The notes beneath the pieces were generated by a model. It was not told where the DNA came from. It searched no databases and saw only the letters and a list, made by a program, of their open reading frames with translations. A stretch of DNA of 64,000 bases from Azolla caroliniana (lineage: Eukaryota > Plantae > Polypodiophyta), in contig JBHGNT010000026.1 in assembly GCA_043228905.1 (NCBI GenBank), positions 124,001 through 188,000 on the forward strand, in the 5' to 3' direction. A program made the position numbers and the translations under genes. Position 1 is the stretch's first letter. Each line of letters opens with the position of its first letter. Shown here piece after piece: positions 12,201 to 25,400 of the stretch.

Positions 12201-15200
12201 GAGTGAGTTGAGATGAGCCCTTGAGTATATTAAAATGGTCATACCTAGCGAGTGTGATATCGGATTTTTGTGTTCAAACATGCGAATCGAAGCCAACAAC
12301 GCTAGCTATGATATGGAATTAAAAAATCAAGATTTTGAAACTCAGGTCGAGAGACATGACGAAATTAGCAAATTTGAGGAGTGAGTTGAGAGGAGCCCTT
12401 GAGTAAATTAAAATGGTCATACCTAGCGAGTGTGATATCGGATTTTTGTGTTCAAACATGCGAATCGAAGCTAACAACGCTAGCTATGACATGGAATTAA
12501 AAAATCAACATTTTGAAACTCAGGTCGAGAGACATGACGAAATTACCAAATTTGAGGAGGGAGTTAAGAAGAGCTATTAGGTAAATTAAAATGTTCATAC
12601 CTGGCTCGTGTGATATCAGATTTTTGTGTTCAAACATGCGAATCGAAGCTAACAACGCTAGCTATGATATAGAATTAAAAAATCAAGATTTTGACACTCA
12701 GGTCGAGAGACATGACGAAATTACCAAATTTGAGGAGTGAGTTGAGAGGAGCCCTTGAGTAAATTAAAATGTTCATACCTAGCGAGTGTGATATCGGAAT
12801 TTTGTGTTCAAACATGCGAATCAAACCTAACAACGCTAGCTATGATCTAGAATTAAAAAAGGAAGATTTTGAAACTCAGGTCGAGAGTCATGACGGAATT
12901 AGCAAATTTGAGGAGTGAGTTGAGAGGAGCCCTTGAGTAAATTAAAAGGGTCATACCTAGCGAGTGTGATATCGGATTTTTGTGTACAAACATGCGAATC
13001 GAAGCTAACAACGCTAGCTATCATATGGAATTGAAAAATCAAGATTTTGAAACTCAGGTCGAGAGATATGACGAAATTAGCAAATTTGAGGAGTGAGTTG
13101 AGAGAAGCCCTTGAGTAAATTAAAATGTTCATACCTAGCGAGTGTGATATCGGAATTTTGTGTACAAACATGCGAATCGAAGCTAACAACGCTAGCTATG
13201 ATATGGAATTGAAAAATCAAGATTTTGAAACTCAGGTCGAGAGACATGACGAAATTAGCAAATTTGAGGAGTGAGTTGAGAGGAGCCCTTGAGTAAATAA
13301 AAATGTTCATACCTAGCTCGTGTGATATCGGATTTTTGTGTTCAAACATGCGAATCGAAGCTAACAACGCTAGCTATGATATGGAATTACAAAATCAAGA
13401 TTTTGAAACTCCAGGCGAGAGACATGACGAAATTACCAAATTTGAGGAGTGAGGGTGAAAGAGCGCGTGAGTGAATTAAAATGTTCATACCTGGCTCGTG
13501 TGATATCGGATTTTTGTGTTCAAACATGCGAATCGAAGCTAACAACGCTAGCTATGATATGGACTTAAAAAATCAAGATTTTGACACTCAGGTCGAGAGA
13601 CATGACGAAATTACCAACTTTGAGGAGTGAGTTGAGATGAGCCCTTGAGTATATTAAAATGGTCATACCTAGCGAGTGTGATATCGGATTTTTGTGTTCA
13701 AACATGCGAATCGAAGCCAACAACGCTAGCTATGATATGGAATTAAAAAATCAAGATTTTGAAACTCAGGTCGAGAGACATGACGAAATTAGCAAATTTG
13801 AGGAGTGAGTTGAGAGGAGCCCTTGAGTAAATTAAAATGTTCATACCTAGCGAGTGTGATATCGGATTTTTGTGTACAAACATGCGAATCGAAGCTAACA
13901 ACGCTAGCTATGACATGGAATTAAAAAATCAAGATTATGAAACTCAGGTCGAGAGACATGACGAAATTACCAAATTTGAGGAGGGAGTTAAGAAGAGCTA
14001 TTAGGTAAATTAAAATGTTCATACCTGGCTCGTGTGATATCGGATTTTTGTGTTCAAACATGCGAATCGAAGCTAACAACGCTGGCTATGATATAGAATT
14101 AAAAAATCAAGATTTTGACACTCAAGTCGAGAGACATGACGAAATTACCAAATTTGAGGAGTGAGTATAGAGGAGCCCTTGAGTAAATTAAAATGTTCAT
14201 ACCTAGCGAGTGTGATATCGGAATTTTGTGTACAAACATGCGAATCGAAGCTAACAACGCTAGCTATGATATGGAATTGAAAAATCAAGATTTTGAAACT
14301 CAGGTCGAGAGACATGACGAAATTAGCAAATTTGAGGAGTGAGTTGAGAGGAGCCCTTGAGTAAATAAAAATGTGCATACCTAGCTCGTGTGATATCGGA
14401 TTTTTGTGTTCAAACATGCGAATCGAAGCTAACAACGCTAGCTATGATATGGAATTACAAAATCAAGATTTTGAAACTCCAGGTGAGAGACATGACGAAA
14501 TTACCAAATTTGAGGAGTGAGGTTGGAAGAGCGCGTGAGTGAATTAAAATGTTCATACCTGGCTCGTGTGATATCGGATTTTTGTGTTCAAACATGCGAA
14601 TCGAAGCTAACAACGCTAGCTGTGATATGGACTTAAAAAATCAAGATTTTGAAACTCAGGTCGAGAGACATGACGAAATTACCAACTTTGAGGAGTGAGT
14701 TGAGATGAGCCCTTGAGTATATTAAAATGGTCATACCTAGCGAGTGTGATATCGGATTTTTGTGTTCAAACATGCGAATCGAAGCCAACAACGCTAGCTA
14801 TGATATGGAATTAAAAAATCAAGATTTTGAAACTCAGGTCGAGAGTCATGACGGAATTAGCAAATTTGAGGAGTGAGTTGAGAGGAGCCCTTGAGTAAAT
14901 TAAAATGTTCATACCTAGCGAGTGTGATATCGGAATTTTGTGTACAAACATGCGAATCGAAGCTAACAACGCTAGCTATGATATGGAATTGAAAAATCAA
15001 GATTTTGAAACTCAGGTCGAGAGACATGACGAAATTACCAAATTTGAGGAGTGAGTTGAGAGGAGCCCTTGAGTAAATAAAAATGTTCATACCTAGCTCG
15101 TGTGATATCGGATTTTTGTGTTCAAACATGCGAATCGAAGCTAACAACGCTAGCTATGATATGGAATTACAAAATCAAGATTTTGAAACTCCAGGCGAGA

Positions 15201-16020
15201 GACATGACGAAATTACCAAATTTGAGGAGTGAGGTTGGAAGAGCGCGTGAGTGAATTAAAATGTTCATACCTGGCGCGTGTGATATCGGATTTTTGTGTT
15301 CAAACATGCGAATCGAAGCTAACAACGCTAGCTATGATATGGACTTAAAAAATCAAGATTTTGAAACTCAGGTCGAGAGACATGACGAAATTACCAACTT
15401 TGAGGAGTGAGTTGAGATGAGCCCTTGAGTATATTAAAATGGTCATACCTAGCGAGTGTGATATCGGATTTTTGTGTTCAAACATGCGAATCGAAGCCAA
15501 CAACGCTAGCTATGATATGGAATTAAAAAATCAAGATTTTGAAACTCAGGTCGAGAGACATGACGAAATTAGCAAATTTGAGGAGTGAGTTGAGAGGAGC
15601 CCTTGAGTAAATTAAAATGGTCATACCTAGCGAGTGTGATATCGGATTTTTGTGTACAAACATGCGAATCGAAGCTAACAACGCTAGCTATGACATGGAA
15701 TTAAAAAATCAAGATTATGACACTCAGGTCGAGAGACATGACGAAATTACCAAATTTGAGGAGTGAGTTGAGAGGAGCCCTTGAGTAAATAAAAATGTTC
15801 ATACCTAGCTCGTGTGATATCGGATTTTTGTGTTCAAACATGCGAATCGAAGCTAACAACGCTAGCTATGATATGGAATTACAAAATCAAGATTTTGAAA
15901 CTCCAGGCGAGAGACATGACGAAATTACCAAATTTGAGGAGTGAGGTTGGAAGAGCGCGTGAGTGAATTAAAATGTTCATACCTGGCTCGTGTGATATCG
16001 GATTTTTGTGTTCAAACATG
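6231..16020. repeat. Segmental duplication at a 35-monomer (6230-bp) offset: ~6231-9790 copied at ~12461-16020
   Basis: Shared rare variants at +6230: TATCAGA (~6384/12614), GAGATATG (6833/13063), GAGGGTGAAA (7221/13451), GAGTATAGAG (~7933/14163), ATGTGCAT (8141/14371), CCAGGTG (8249/14479). ORF pairs 6669/12899 and 7915/14145 agree. Confidence 0.9.
8901..11392. repeat. 4-monomer (712-bp) higher-order repeat G-M-B-F', ~3.5 copies
   Basis: G-type monomers start at 8901, 9613, 10325 and 11037, with the same order of types between them. F' is marked by GACATGG...GATTATGACACTC. Confidence 0.88.
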
Positions 16021-19000
16021 CGAATCGAAGCTAACAACGCTAGCTGTGATATGGGCTTAAAAAATCAAGATTTTGAAACTCAGGTCGAGAGACATGACGA
16101 AATTACCAACTTTGAGGAGTGAGTTGAGATGAGCCCTTGACTATATTAAAATGGTCATACCTAGCGAGTGTGATATCGGATTTTTGTGTTCAAACATGCG
16201 AATCGAAGCCAACAACGCTAGCTATGATATGGAATTAAAAAATCAAGATTTTGAAACTCAGGTCGAGAGACATGACGAAATTAGCAAATTTGAGGAGTGA
16301 GTTGAGAGGAGCCCTTGAGTAAATTAAAATGGTCATACCTAGCGAGTGTGATATCGGATTTTTGTGTACAAACATGCGAATCGAAGCTAACAACGCTAGC
16401 TATGACATGGAATTAAAAAATCAAGATTATGACACTCAGGTCGAGAGACATGACGAAATTACCAAATTTGAGGAGTGAGTTGAGAGGAGCCCTTGAGTAA
16501 ATAAAAATGTTCATACCTAGCTCGTGTGATATCGGATTTTTGTGTTCAAACATGCGAATCGAAGCTAACAACGCTAGCTATGATATGGAATTACAAAATC
16601 AAGATTTTGAAACTCCAGGCGAGAGACATGACGAAATTACCAAATTTGAGGAGTGAGGTTGGAAGAGCGCGTGAGTGAATTAAAATGTTCATACCTGGCT
16701 CGTGTGATATCGGATGTTTGTGTTCAAACATGCGAATTGAAGCTAACAACGCTAGCTATGATATGGACTTAAAAAATCAAGATTTTGAAACTCAGGTCGA
16801 GAGACATGACGAAATTACCAACTTTGAGGAGTGAGTTGAGATGAGCCCTTGAGTATATTAAAATGGTCATACCTAGCGAGTGTGATATCGGATTTTTGTG
16901 TTCAAACATGCGAATCGAAGCCAACAACGCTAGCTATGATATGGAATTAAAAAATTAAGATTTTGAAACTCAGGTCGAGAGACATGACGAAATTAGCAAA
17001 TTTGAGGAGTGAGTTGAGAGGAGCCCTTGAGTAAATTAAAATGGTCATACCTAGCGAGTGTGATATCGGATTTTTGTGTACAAACATGCGAATCGAAGCT
17101 AACAACGCTAGCTATGACATGGAATTAAAAAATCAAGATTATGACACTCAGGTCGAGAGACATGACGAAATTACCAAATTTGAGGAGTGAGTTGAGAGGA
17201 GCCCTTGAGTAAATAAAAATGTTCATACCTAGCTCGTGTGATATCGGATTTTTGTGTTCAAACATGCGAATCGAAGCTAACAACGCTAGCTATGATATGG
17301 AATTACAAAATCAAGATTTTGAAACTCCAGGCGAGAGACATGACGAAATTACCAAATTTGAGGAGTGAGGTTGGAAGAGCGCGTGAGTGAATTAAAATGT
17401 TCATACCTGGCTCGTGTGATATCGGATTTTTGTGTTCAAACATGCGAATCGAAGCTAACAACGCTAGCTGTGATATGGGCTTAAAAAATCAAGATTTTGA
17501 AACTCAGGTCGAGAGACATGACGAAATTACCAACTTTGAGGAGTGAGTTGAGATGAGCCCTTGACTATATTAAAATGGTCATACCTAGCGAGTGTGATAT
17601 CGGATTTTTGTGTTCAAACATGCGAATCGAAGCTAACAACGCTAGCTATGATATGGAATTACAAAATCAAGATTTTGAAACTCCAGGCGAGAGACATGAC
17701 GAAATTACCAAATTTGAGGAGTGAGGTTGGAAGAGCGCGTGAGTGAATTAAAATGTTCATACCTGGCTCGTGTGATATCGGATGTTTGTGTTCAAACATG
17801 CGAATTGAAGCTAACAACGCTAGCTATGATATGGACTTAAAAAATCAAGATTTTGAAACTCAGGTCGAGAGACATGACGAAATTACCAACTTTGAGGAGT
17901 GAGTTGAGATGAGCCCTTGAGTATATTAAAATGGTCATACCTAGCGAGTGTGATATCGGATTTTTGTGTTCAAACATGCGAATCGAAGCCAACAACGCTA
18001 GCTATGATATGGAATTAAAAAATTAAGATTTTGAAACTCAGGTCGAGAGACATGACGAAATTAGCAAATTTGAGGAGTGAGTTGAGAGGAGCCCTTGAGT
18101 AAATTAAAATGGTCATACCTAGCGAGTGTGATATCGGATTTTTGTGTACAAACATGCGAATCGAAGCTAACAACGCTAGCTATGACATGGAATTAAAAAA
18201 TCAAGATTATGACACTCAGGTCGAGAGACATGACGAAATTACCAAATTTGAGGAGTGAGTTGAGAGGAGCCCTTGAGTAAATAAAAATGTTCATACCTAG
18301 CTCGTGTGATATCGGATTTTTGTGTTCAAACATGCGAATCGAAGCTAACAACGCTAGCTATGATATGGAATTACAAAATCAAGATTTTGAAACTCCAGGC
18401 GAGAGACATGACGAAATTACCAAATTTGAGGAGTGAGGTTGGAAGAGCGCGTGAGTGAATTAAAATGTTCATACCTGGCTCGTGTGATATCGGATTTTTG
18501 TGTTCAAACATGCGAATCGAAGCTAACAACGCTAGCTGTGATATGGGCTTAAAAAATCAAGATTTTGAAACTCAGGTCGAGAGACATGACGAAATTACCA
18601 ACTTTGAGGAGTGAGTTGAGATGAGCCCTTGACTATATTAAAATGGTCATACCTAGCGAGTGTGATATCGGATTTTTGTGTTCAAACATGCGAATCGAAG
18701 CTAACAACGCTAGCTATGATATGGAATTACAAAATCAAGATTTTGAAACTCCAGGCGAGAGACATGACGAAATTACCAAATTTGAGGAGTGAGGTTGGAA
18801 GAGCGCGTGAGTGAATTAAAATGTTCATACCTGGCTCGTGTGATATCGGATTTTTGTGTTCAAACATGCGAATTGAAGCTAACAACGCTAGCTATGATAT
18901 GGACTTAAAAAATCAAGATTTTGAAACTCAGGTCGAGAGACATGACGAAATTACCAACTTTGAGGAGTGAGTTGAGATGAGCCCTTGAGTATATTAAAAT

Positions 19001-19402
19001 GGTCATACCTAGCGAGTGTGATATCGGATTTTTGTGTTCAAACATGCGAATCGAAGCCAACAACGCTAGCTATGATATGGAATTAAAAAATCAAGATTTT
19101 GAAACTCAGGTCGAGAGACATGACGAAACTAGCAAATTTGAGGAGTGAGTTGAGAGGAGCCCTTGAGTAAATTAAAATGGTCATACCTAGCGAGTGTGAT
19201 ATCGGATTTTTGTGTACAAACATGCGAATCGAAGCTAACAACGCTAGCTATGACATGGAATTAAAAAATCAAGATTATGACACTCAGGTCGAGAGACATG
19301 ACGAAATTACCAAATTTGAGGAGTGAGTTGAGAGGAGCCCTTGAGTAAATAAAAATGTTCATACCTAGCTCGTGTGATATCGGATTTTTGTGTTCAAACA
19401 TG
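15131..19402. repeat. Second run of the 4-mer HOR, with a derived 6-mer (1068-bp) tandem duplication (16555-17622 / 17623-18690)
   Basis: G-types at 15131, 15843, 16555, 17267, 17623, 18335 and 18691. Rare variants GATGTTTG, AAATTAAGA and ATGGGC/GACTAT recur at +1068. ORFs 17561/18629 agree. Confidence 0.85.
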
Positions 19403-22400
19403 CGAATCGAAGCTAACAACGCTAGCTATGACATGGAATTAAAAAATCAAGATTATGAAACTCAGGTCGAGAGACATGACGAAATTACCACATTTGAGGA
19501 GGGAGTTAAGAAGAGCTATTAGGTAAATTAAAATGTTCATACCTGGCTCGTGTGATATCGGATTTTTGTGTTCAAACATGCGAATCGAAGCTAACAACGC
19601 TAGCTGTGATATGGACTTAAAAAATCAAGATTTTGAAACTCAGGTCGAGAGACATGACGAAATTACCAACTTTGAGGAGTGAGTTGAGATGAGCCCTTGA
19701 GTATATTAAAATGGTCATACCTAGCGAGTGTGATATCGGATTTTTGTGTACAAACATGCGAATCGAAGCTAACAACGCTAGCTATGATATGGAATTGAAA
19801 AATCAAGATTTTGAAACTCAGGTCGAGAGACATGACGAAATTAGCAAATTTGAGGAGTGAGTTGAGAGGAGCCCTTGAGTAAATAAAAATGTGCATACCT
19901 AGCTCGTGTGATATCGGATTTTTGTGTACAAACATGCGAATCGAAGCTAACAACGCTAGCTATGATATGGAATTAAAAAATCAAGATTTTGACACTCAGG
20001 TCGAGAGACATGACGAAATTACCACATTTGAGGAGGGAGTTAAGAAGAGCTATTAGGTAAATTAAAATGTTCATACCTGGCTCGTGTGATATCGGATTTT
20101 TGTGTTCAAACATGCGAATCGAAGCTAACAACGCTGGCTATGATATAGAATTAAAAAATCAAGATTTTGACACTCAGGTCGAGAGACATGACGAAATTAC
20201 CAAATTTAAGGAGTGAGTTGAGAGGAGCCCTTGAGTAAATTAAAATGTTCATACATAGCGAGTGTGATATCGGATTTTTGTGTACAAACATGCGAATCGA
20301 AGCTAACAACGCTAGCTATGATATGGAATTAAAAAATCAAGATTTTGAAACTAAGGTCGAGAGACATGACGAAATTACCAAATTTGAGGAGGGAGTTGAG
20401 AGGGGCCCTTGAGTAAATAAAAATGTTCATACCTAGCGAGTGTGATATCGGAATTTTGTGTTCAAACATGCGAATCGAAGCTAACAACGCTAGCGATGAT
20501 CTAGAATTAAAAAAGAAAGATTTTGAAACTCAGGTCGAGAGTCATGACGGAATTAGCAAATTTGAGGAGTGAGTTGAGAGGAGCCCTTGAGTAAATTAAA
20601 ATGGTCATACCTAGCGAGTGTGATATCGGATTTTTGTGTACAAACATGCGAATCGAAGCTAACAACGCTAGCTATCATATGGAATTGAAAAATCAAGATT
20701 TTGAAACTCAGGTCGAGAGACATGACGAAATTAGCAAATTTGAGGAGTGAGTTGAGAGAAACCCTTGAGTAAATTAAAATGTTCATACCTAGCGAGTGTG
20801 ATATCGGAATTTTGTGTACAAACATGCGAATCGAAGCTAACAACGCTAGCTATGATATGGAATTGAAAAATCAAGATTTTGAAACTCAGGTCGAGAGACA
20901 TGACGAAATTAGCAAATTTGAGGAGTGAGTTGAGAGGAGCCCTTGAGTAAATAAAAATGTTCATACCTAGCTCGTGTGATATCGGATTTTTGTGTACAAA
21001 CATGCGAATCGAAGCTAACAACGCTAGCTATGACATGGAATTAAAAAATCAAGATTATAAAACTCAGGTCGAGAGACATGACGAAATTACCAAATTTGAG
21101 GAGGGAGTTAAGAAGAGCTATTAGGTAAATTAAAATGTTCATACCTGGCTCGTGTGATATCGGATTTTTGTGTTCAAACATGCGAATCGAAGCTAACAAC
21201 GCTAGCTATGATATAGAATTAAAAAATCAAGATTTTGACACTCAGGTCGAGAGACATGACGAAATTACCAAATTTGAGGAGTGAGTTGAGAGGAGCCCTT
21301 GAGTAAATTAAAATGTTCATACATAGCGAGTGTGATATCGGATTTTTGTGTACAAACATGCGAATCGAAGCTAACAACGCTAGCTATGATATAGAATTAA
21401 AAAATCAAGATTTTGACACTCAGGTCGAGAGACATGACGAAATTACCAAATTTGAGGAGTGAGTTGAGAGGAGCCCTTGAGTAAATTAAAATGTTCATAC
21501 ATAGCGAGTGTGATATCGGATTTTTGTGTACAAACATGCGAATCGAAGCTAACAACGCTAGCTATGATATGGAATTAAAAAATCAAGATTTTGACACTCA
21601 GGTCGAGAGACATGACGAAATTACCAAATTTGAGGAGTGAGTTGAGAGGAGCCCTTGAGTAAATTAAAATGGTCATACCTAGCGAGTGTGATATCGGATT
21701 TTTGTGTACAAACATGCGAATCGAAGCTAACAACGCTAGCTATGACATGGAATTAAAAAATCAAGATTATGAAACTCAGGTCGAGAGACATGACGAAATT
21801 ACCAAATTTGAGGAGGGAGTTAAGAAGAGCTATTAGGTAAATTAAAATGTTCATACCTGGCTCGTGTGATATCGGATTTTTGTGTTCAAACATGCGAATC
21901 GAAGCTAACAACGCTAGCTATGATATAGAATTAAAAAATCAAGATTTTGACACTCAGGTCGAGAGACATGACGAAATTACCAAATTTGAGGAGTGAGTTG
22001 AGAGGAGCCCTTGAGTAAATTAAAATGTTCATACATAGCGAGTGTGATATCGGATTTTTGTGTACAAACATGCGAATCGAAGCTAACAACGCTAGCTATG
22101 ATATGGAATTAAAAAATCAAGATTTTGAAACTAAGGTCGAGAGACATGACGAAATTACCAAATTTGAGGAGGGAGTTGAGAGGGGCCCTTGAGTAAATAA
22201 AAATGTTCATACCTAGCGAGTGTGATATCGGAATTTTGTGTTCAAACATGCGAATCGAAGCTAACAACGCTAGCTATGATCTAGAATTAAAAAAGCAAGA
22301 TTTTGAAACTCAGGTCGAGAGTCATGACGGAATTACCAAATTTGAGGAGTGAGTTGAGAGGAGCCCTTGAGTAAATTAAAATGGTCATACCTAGCGAGTG

Positions 22401-25400
22401 TGATATCGGATTTTTGTGTACAAACATGCGAATCGAAGCTAACAACGCTAGCTATGATATGGAATTGAAAAATCAAGATTTTGAAACTCAGGTCGAGAGA
22501 CATGACGAAATTAGCAAATTTGAGGAGTGAGTTGAGAGAAGCCCTTGAGTAAATTAAAATGTTCATACCTAGCGAGTGTGATATCGGAATTTTGTGTACA
22601 AACATGCGAATCGAAGCTAACAACGCTAGCTATCATATGGAATTGAAAAATCAAGATTTTGAAACTCAGTTCGAGAGACATGACGAAATTAGCAAATTTG
22701 AGGAGTGAGTTGAGAGAAGCCCTTGAGTAAATAAAAATGTTCATACCTAGCTCGTGTGATATCGGATTTTTGTGTACAAACATGCGAATCGAAGCTAACA
22801 ACGCTAGCTATGACATGGAATTAAAAAATCAAGATTATGAAACTCAGGTCGAGAGACATGACGAAATTACCAAATTTGAGGAGGGAGTTAAGAAGAGCTA
22901 TTAGGTAAATTAAAATGTTCATACCTGGCTCGTGTGATATCGGATTTTTGTGTTCAAACATGCGAATCGAAGCTAACAACGCTAGCTATGATATAGAATT
23001 AAAAAATCAAGATTTTGACACTCAGGTCGAGAGACATGACGAAATTACCAAATTTGAGGAGTGAGTTGAGAGGAGCCCTTGAGTAAATTAAAATGTTCAT
23101 ACATAGCGAGTGTGATATCGGATTTTTGTGTACAAACATGCGAATCGAAGCTAACAACGCTAGCTATGATATGGAATTAAAAAATCAAGATTTTGAAACT
23201 AAGGTCGAGAGACATGACGAAATTACCAAATTTGAGGAGGGAGTTGAGAGGGGCCCTTGAGTAAATAAAAATGTTCATACCTAGCGAGTGTGATATCGGA
23301 ATTTTGTGTTCAAACATGCGAATCGAAGCTAACAACGCTAGCTATGATCTAGAATTAAAAAAGCAAGATTTTGAAACTCAGGTCGAGAGTCATGACGGAA
23401 TTACCAAATTTGAGGAGTGAGTTGAGAGGAGCCCTTGAGTAAATTAAAATGTTCATACCTAGCGAGTGTGATATCGGATTTTTGTGTACAAACATGCGAA
23501 TCGAAGCTAACAACGCTAGCTATGATATGGAATTGAAAAATCAAGATTTTGAAACTCAGGTCGAGAGACATGACGAAATTAGCAAATTTGAGGAGTGAGT
23601 TGAGAGAAGCCCTTGAGTAAATTAAAATGTTCATACCTAGCGAGTGTGATATCGGAATTTTGTGTACAAACATGCGAATCGAAGCTAACAACGCTAGCTA
23701 TGATATGGAATTAAAAAATCAAGATTTTGAAACTCAGGTCGAGAGACATGACGAAATTAGCAAATTTGAGGAGTGAGTTGAGAGGAGCCCTTGAGTAAAT
23801 AAAAATGTTCATACCTAGCTCGTGTGATATCGGATTTTTGTGTACAAACATGCGAATCGAAGCTAACAACGCTAGCTATGACATGGAATTAAAAAATCAA
23901 GATTATGAAACTCAGGTCGAGAGACATGACGAAATTACCAAATTTGAGGAGGGAGTTAAGAAGAGCTATTAGGTAAATTAAAATGTTCATACCTGGCTCG
24001 TGTGATATCGGATTTTTGTGTTCAAACATGCGAATCGAAGCTAACAACGCTAGCTATGACATGGAATTAAAAAATCAAGATTATGAAACTCAGGTCGAGA
24101 GACATGACGAAATTACCAAATTTGAGGAGGGAGTTAAGAAGAGCTATTAGGTAAATTAAAATGTTCATACCTGGCTCGTGTGATATCGGATTTTTGTGTT
24201 CAAACATGCGAATCGAAGCTAACAACGCTAGCTATGATATAGAATTAAAAAATCAAGATTTTGACACTCAGGTCGAGAGACATGACGAAATTACCAAATT
24301 TGAGGAGTGAGTTGAGAGGAGCCCTTGAGTAAATAAAAATGTTCATACCTAGCTCGTGTGATATCGGATTTTTGTGTACAAACATGCGAATCGAAGCTAA
24401 CAACGCTAGCTATGACATGGAATTAAAAAATCAAGATTATGAAACTCAGGTCGAGAGACATGACGAAATTACCAAATTTGAGGAGGGAGTTAAGAAGAGC
24501 TATTAGGTAAATTAAAATGTTCATACCTGGCTCGTGTGATATCGGATTTTTGTGTTCAAACATGCGAATCGAAGCTAACAACGCTAGCTATGACATGGAA
24601 TTAAAAAATCAAGATTATGAAACTCAGGTCGAGAGACATGACGAAATTACCAAATTTGAGGAGGGAGTTAAGAAGAGCTATTAGGTAAATTAAAATGTTC
24701 ATACCTGGCTCGTGTGATATCGGATTTTTGTGTTCAAACATGCGAATCGAAGCTAACAACGCTAGCTATGATATAGAATTAAAAAATCAAGATTTTGACA
24801 CTCAGGTCGAGAGACATGACGAAATTACCAAATTTGAGGAGTGAGTTGAGAGAAGCCCTTGAGTAAATTAAAATGTTCATACCTAGCGAGTGTGATATCG
24901 GAATTTTGTGTACAAACATGCGAATCGAAGCTAACAACGCTAGCTATCATATGGAATTGAAAAATCAAGATTTTGAAACTCAGTTCGAGAGACATGACGA
25001 AATTAGCAAATTTGAGGAGTGAGTTGAGAGAAGCCCTTGAGTAAATAAAAATGTTCATACCTAGCTCGTGTGATATCGGATTTTTGTGTACAAACATGCG
25101 AATCGAAGCTAACAACGCTAGCTATGACATGGAATTAAAAAATCAAGATTATGAAACTCAGGTCGAGAGACATGACGAAATTACCAAATTTGAGGAGGGA
25201 GTTAAGAAGAGCTATTAGGTAAATTAAAATGTTCATACCTGGCTCGTGTGATATCGGATTTTTGTGTTCAAACATGCGAATCGAAGCTAACAACGCTAGC
25301 TATGATATAGAATTAAAAAATCAAGATTTTGACACTCAGGTCGAGAGACATGACGAAATTACCAAATTTGAGGAGTGAGTTGAGAGGAGCCCTTGAGTAA

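Larger units (their letters stand above)
1..19402. repeat. Left satellite domain, rich in G-type (GAGGTTGGAAGAGCGCGTGAGTG) and M-type (CAACTTT...AGATGAGCCC...GAGTATATT) monomers
   Basis: G-type monomers start at 1247, 3739, 4807, 5697, 7121, 8189, 8901, 9613 and so on up to 18691, nearly always followed by an M-type. The boundary is approximate. Confidence 0.85.
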
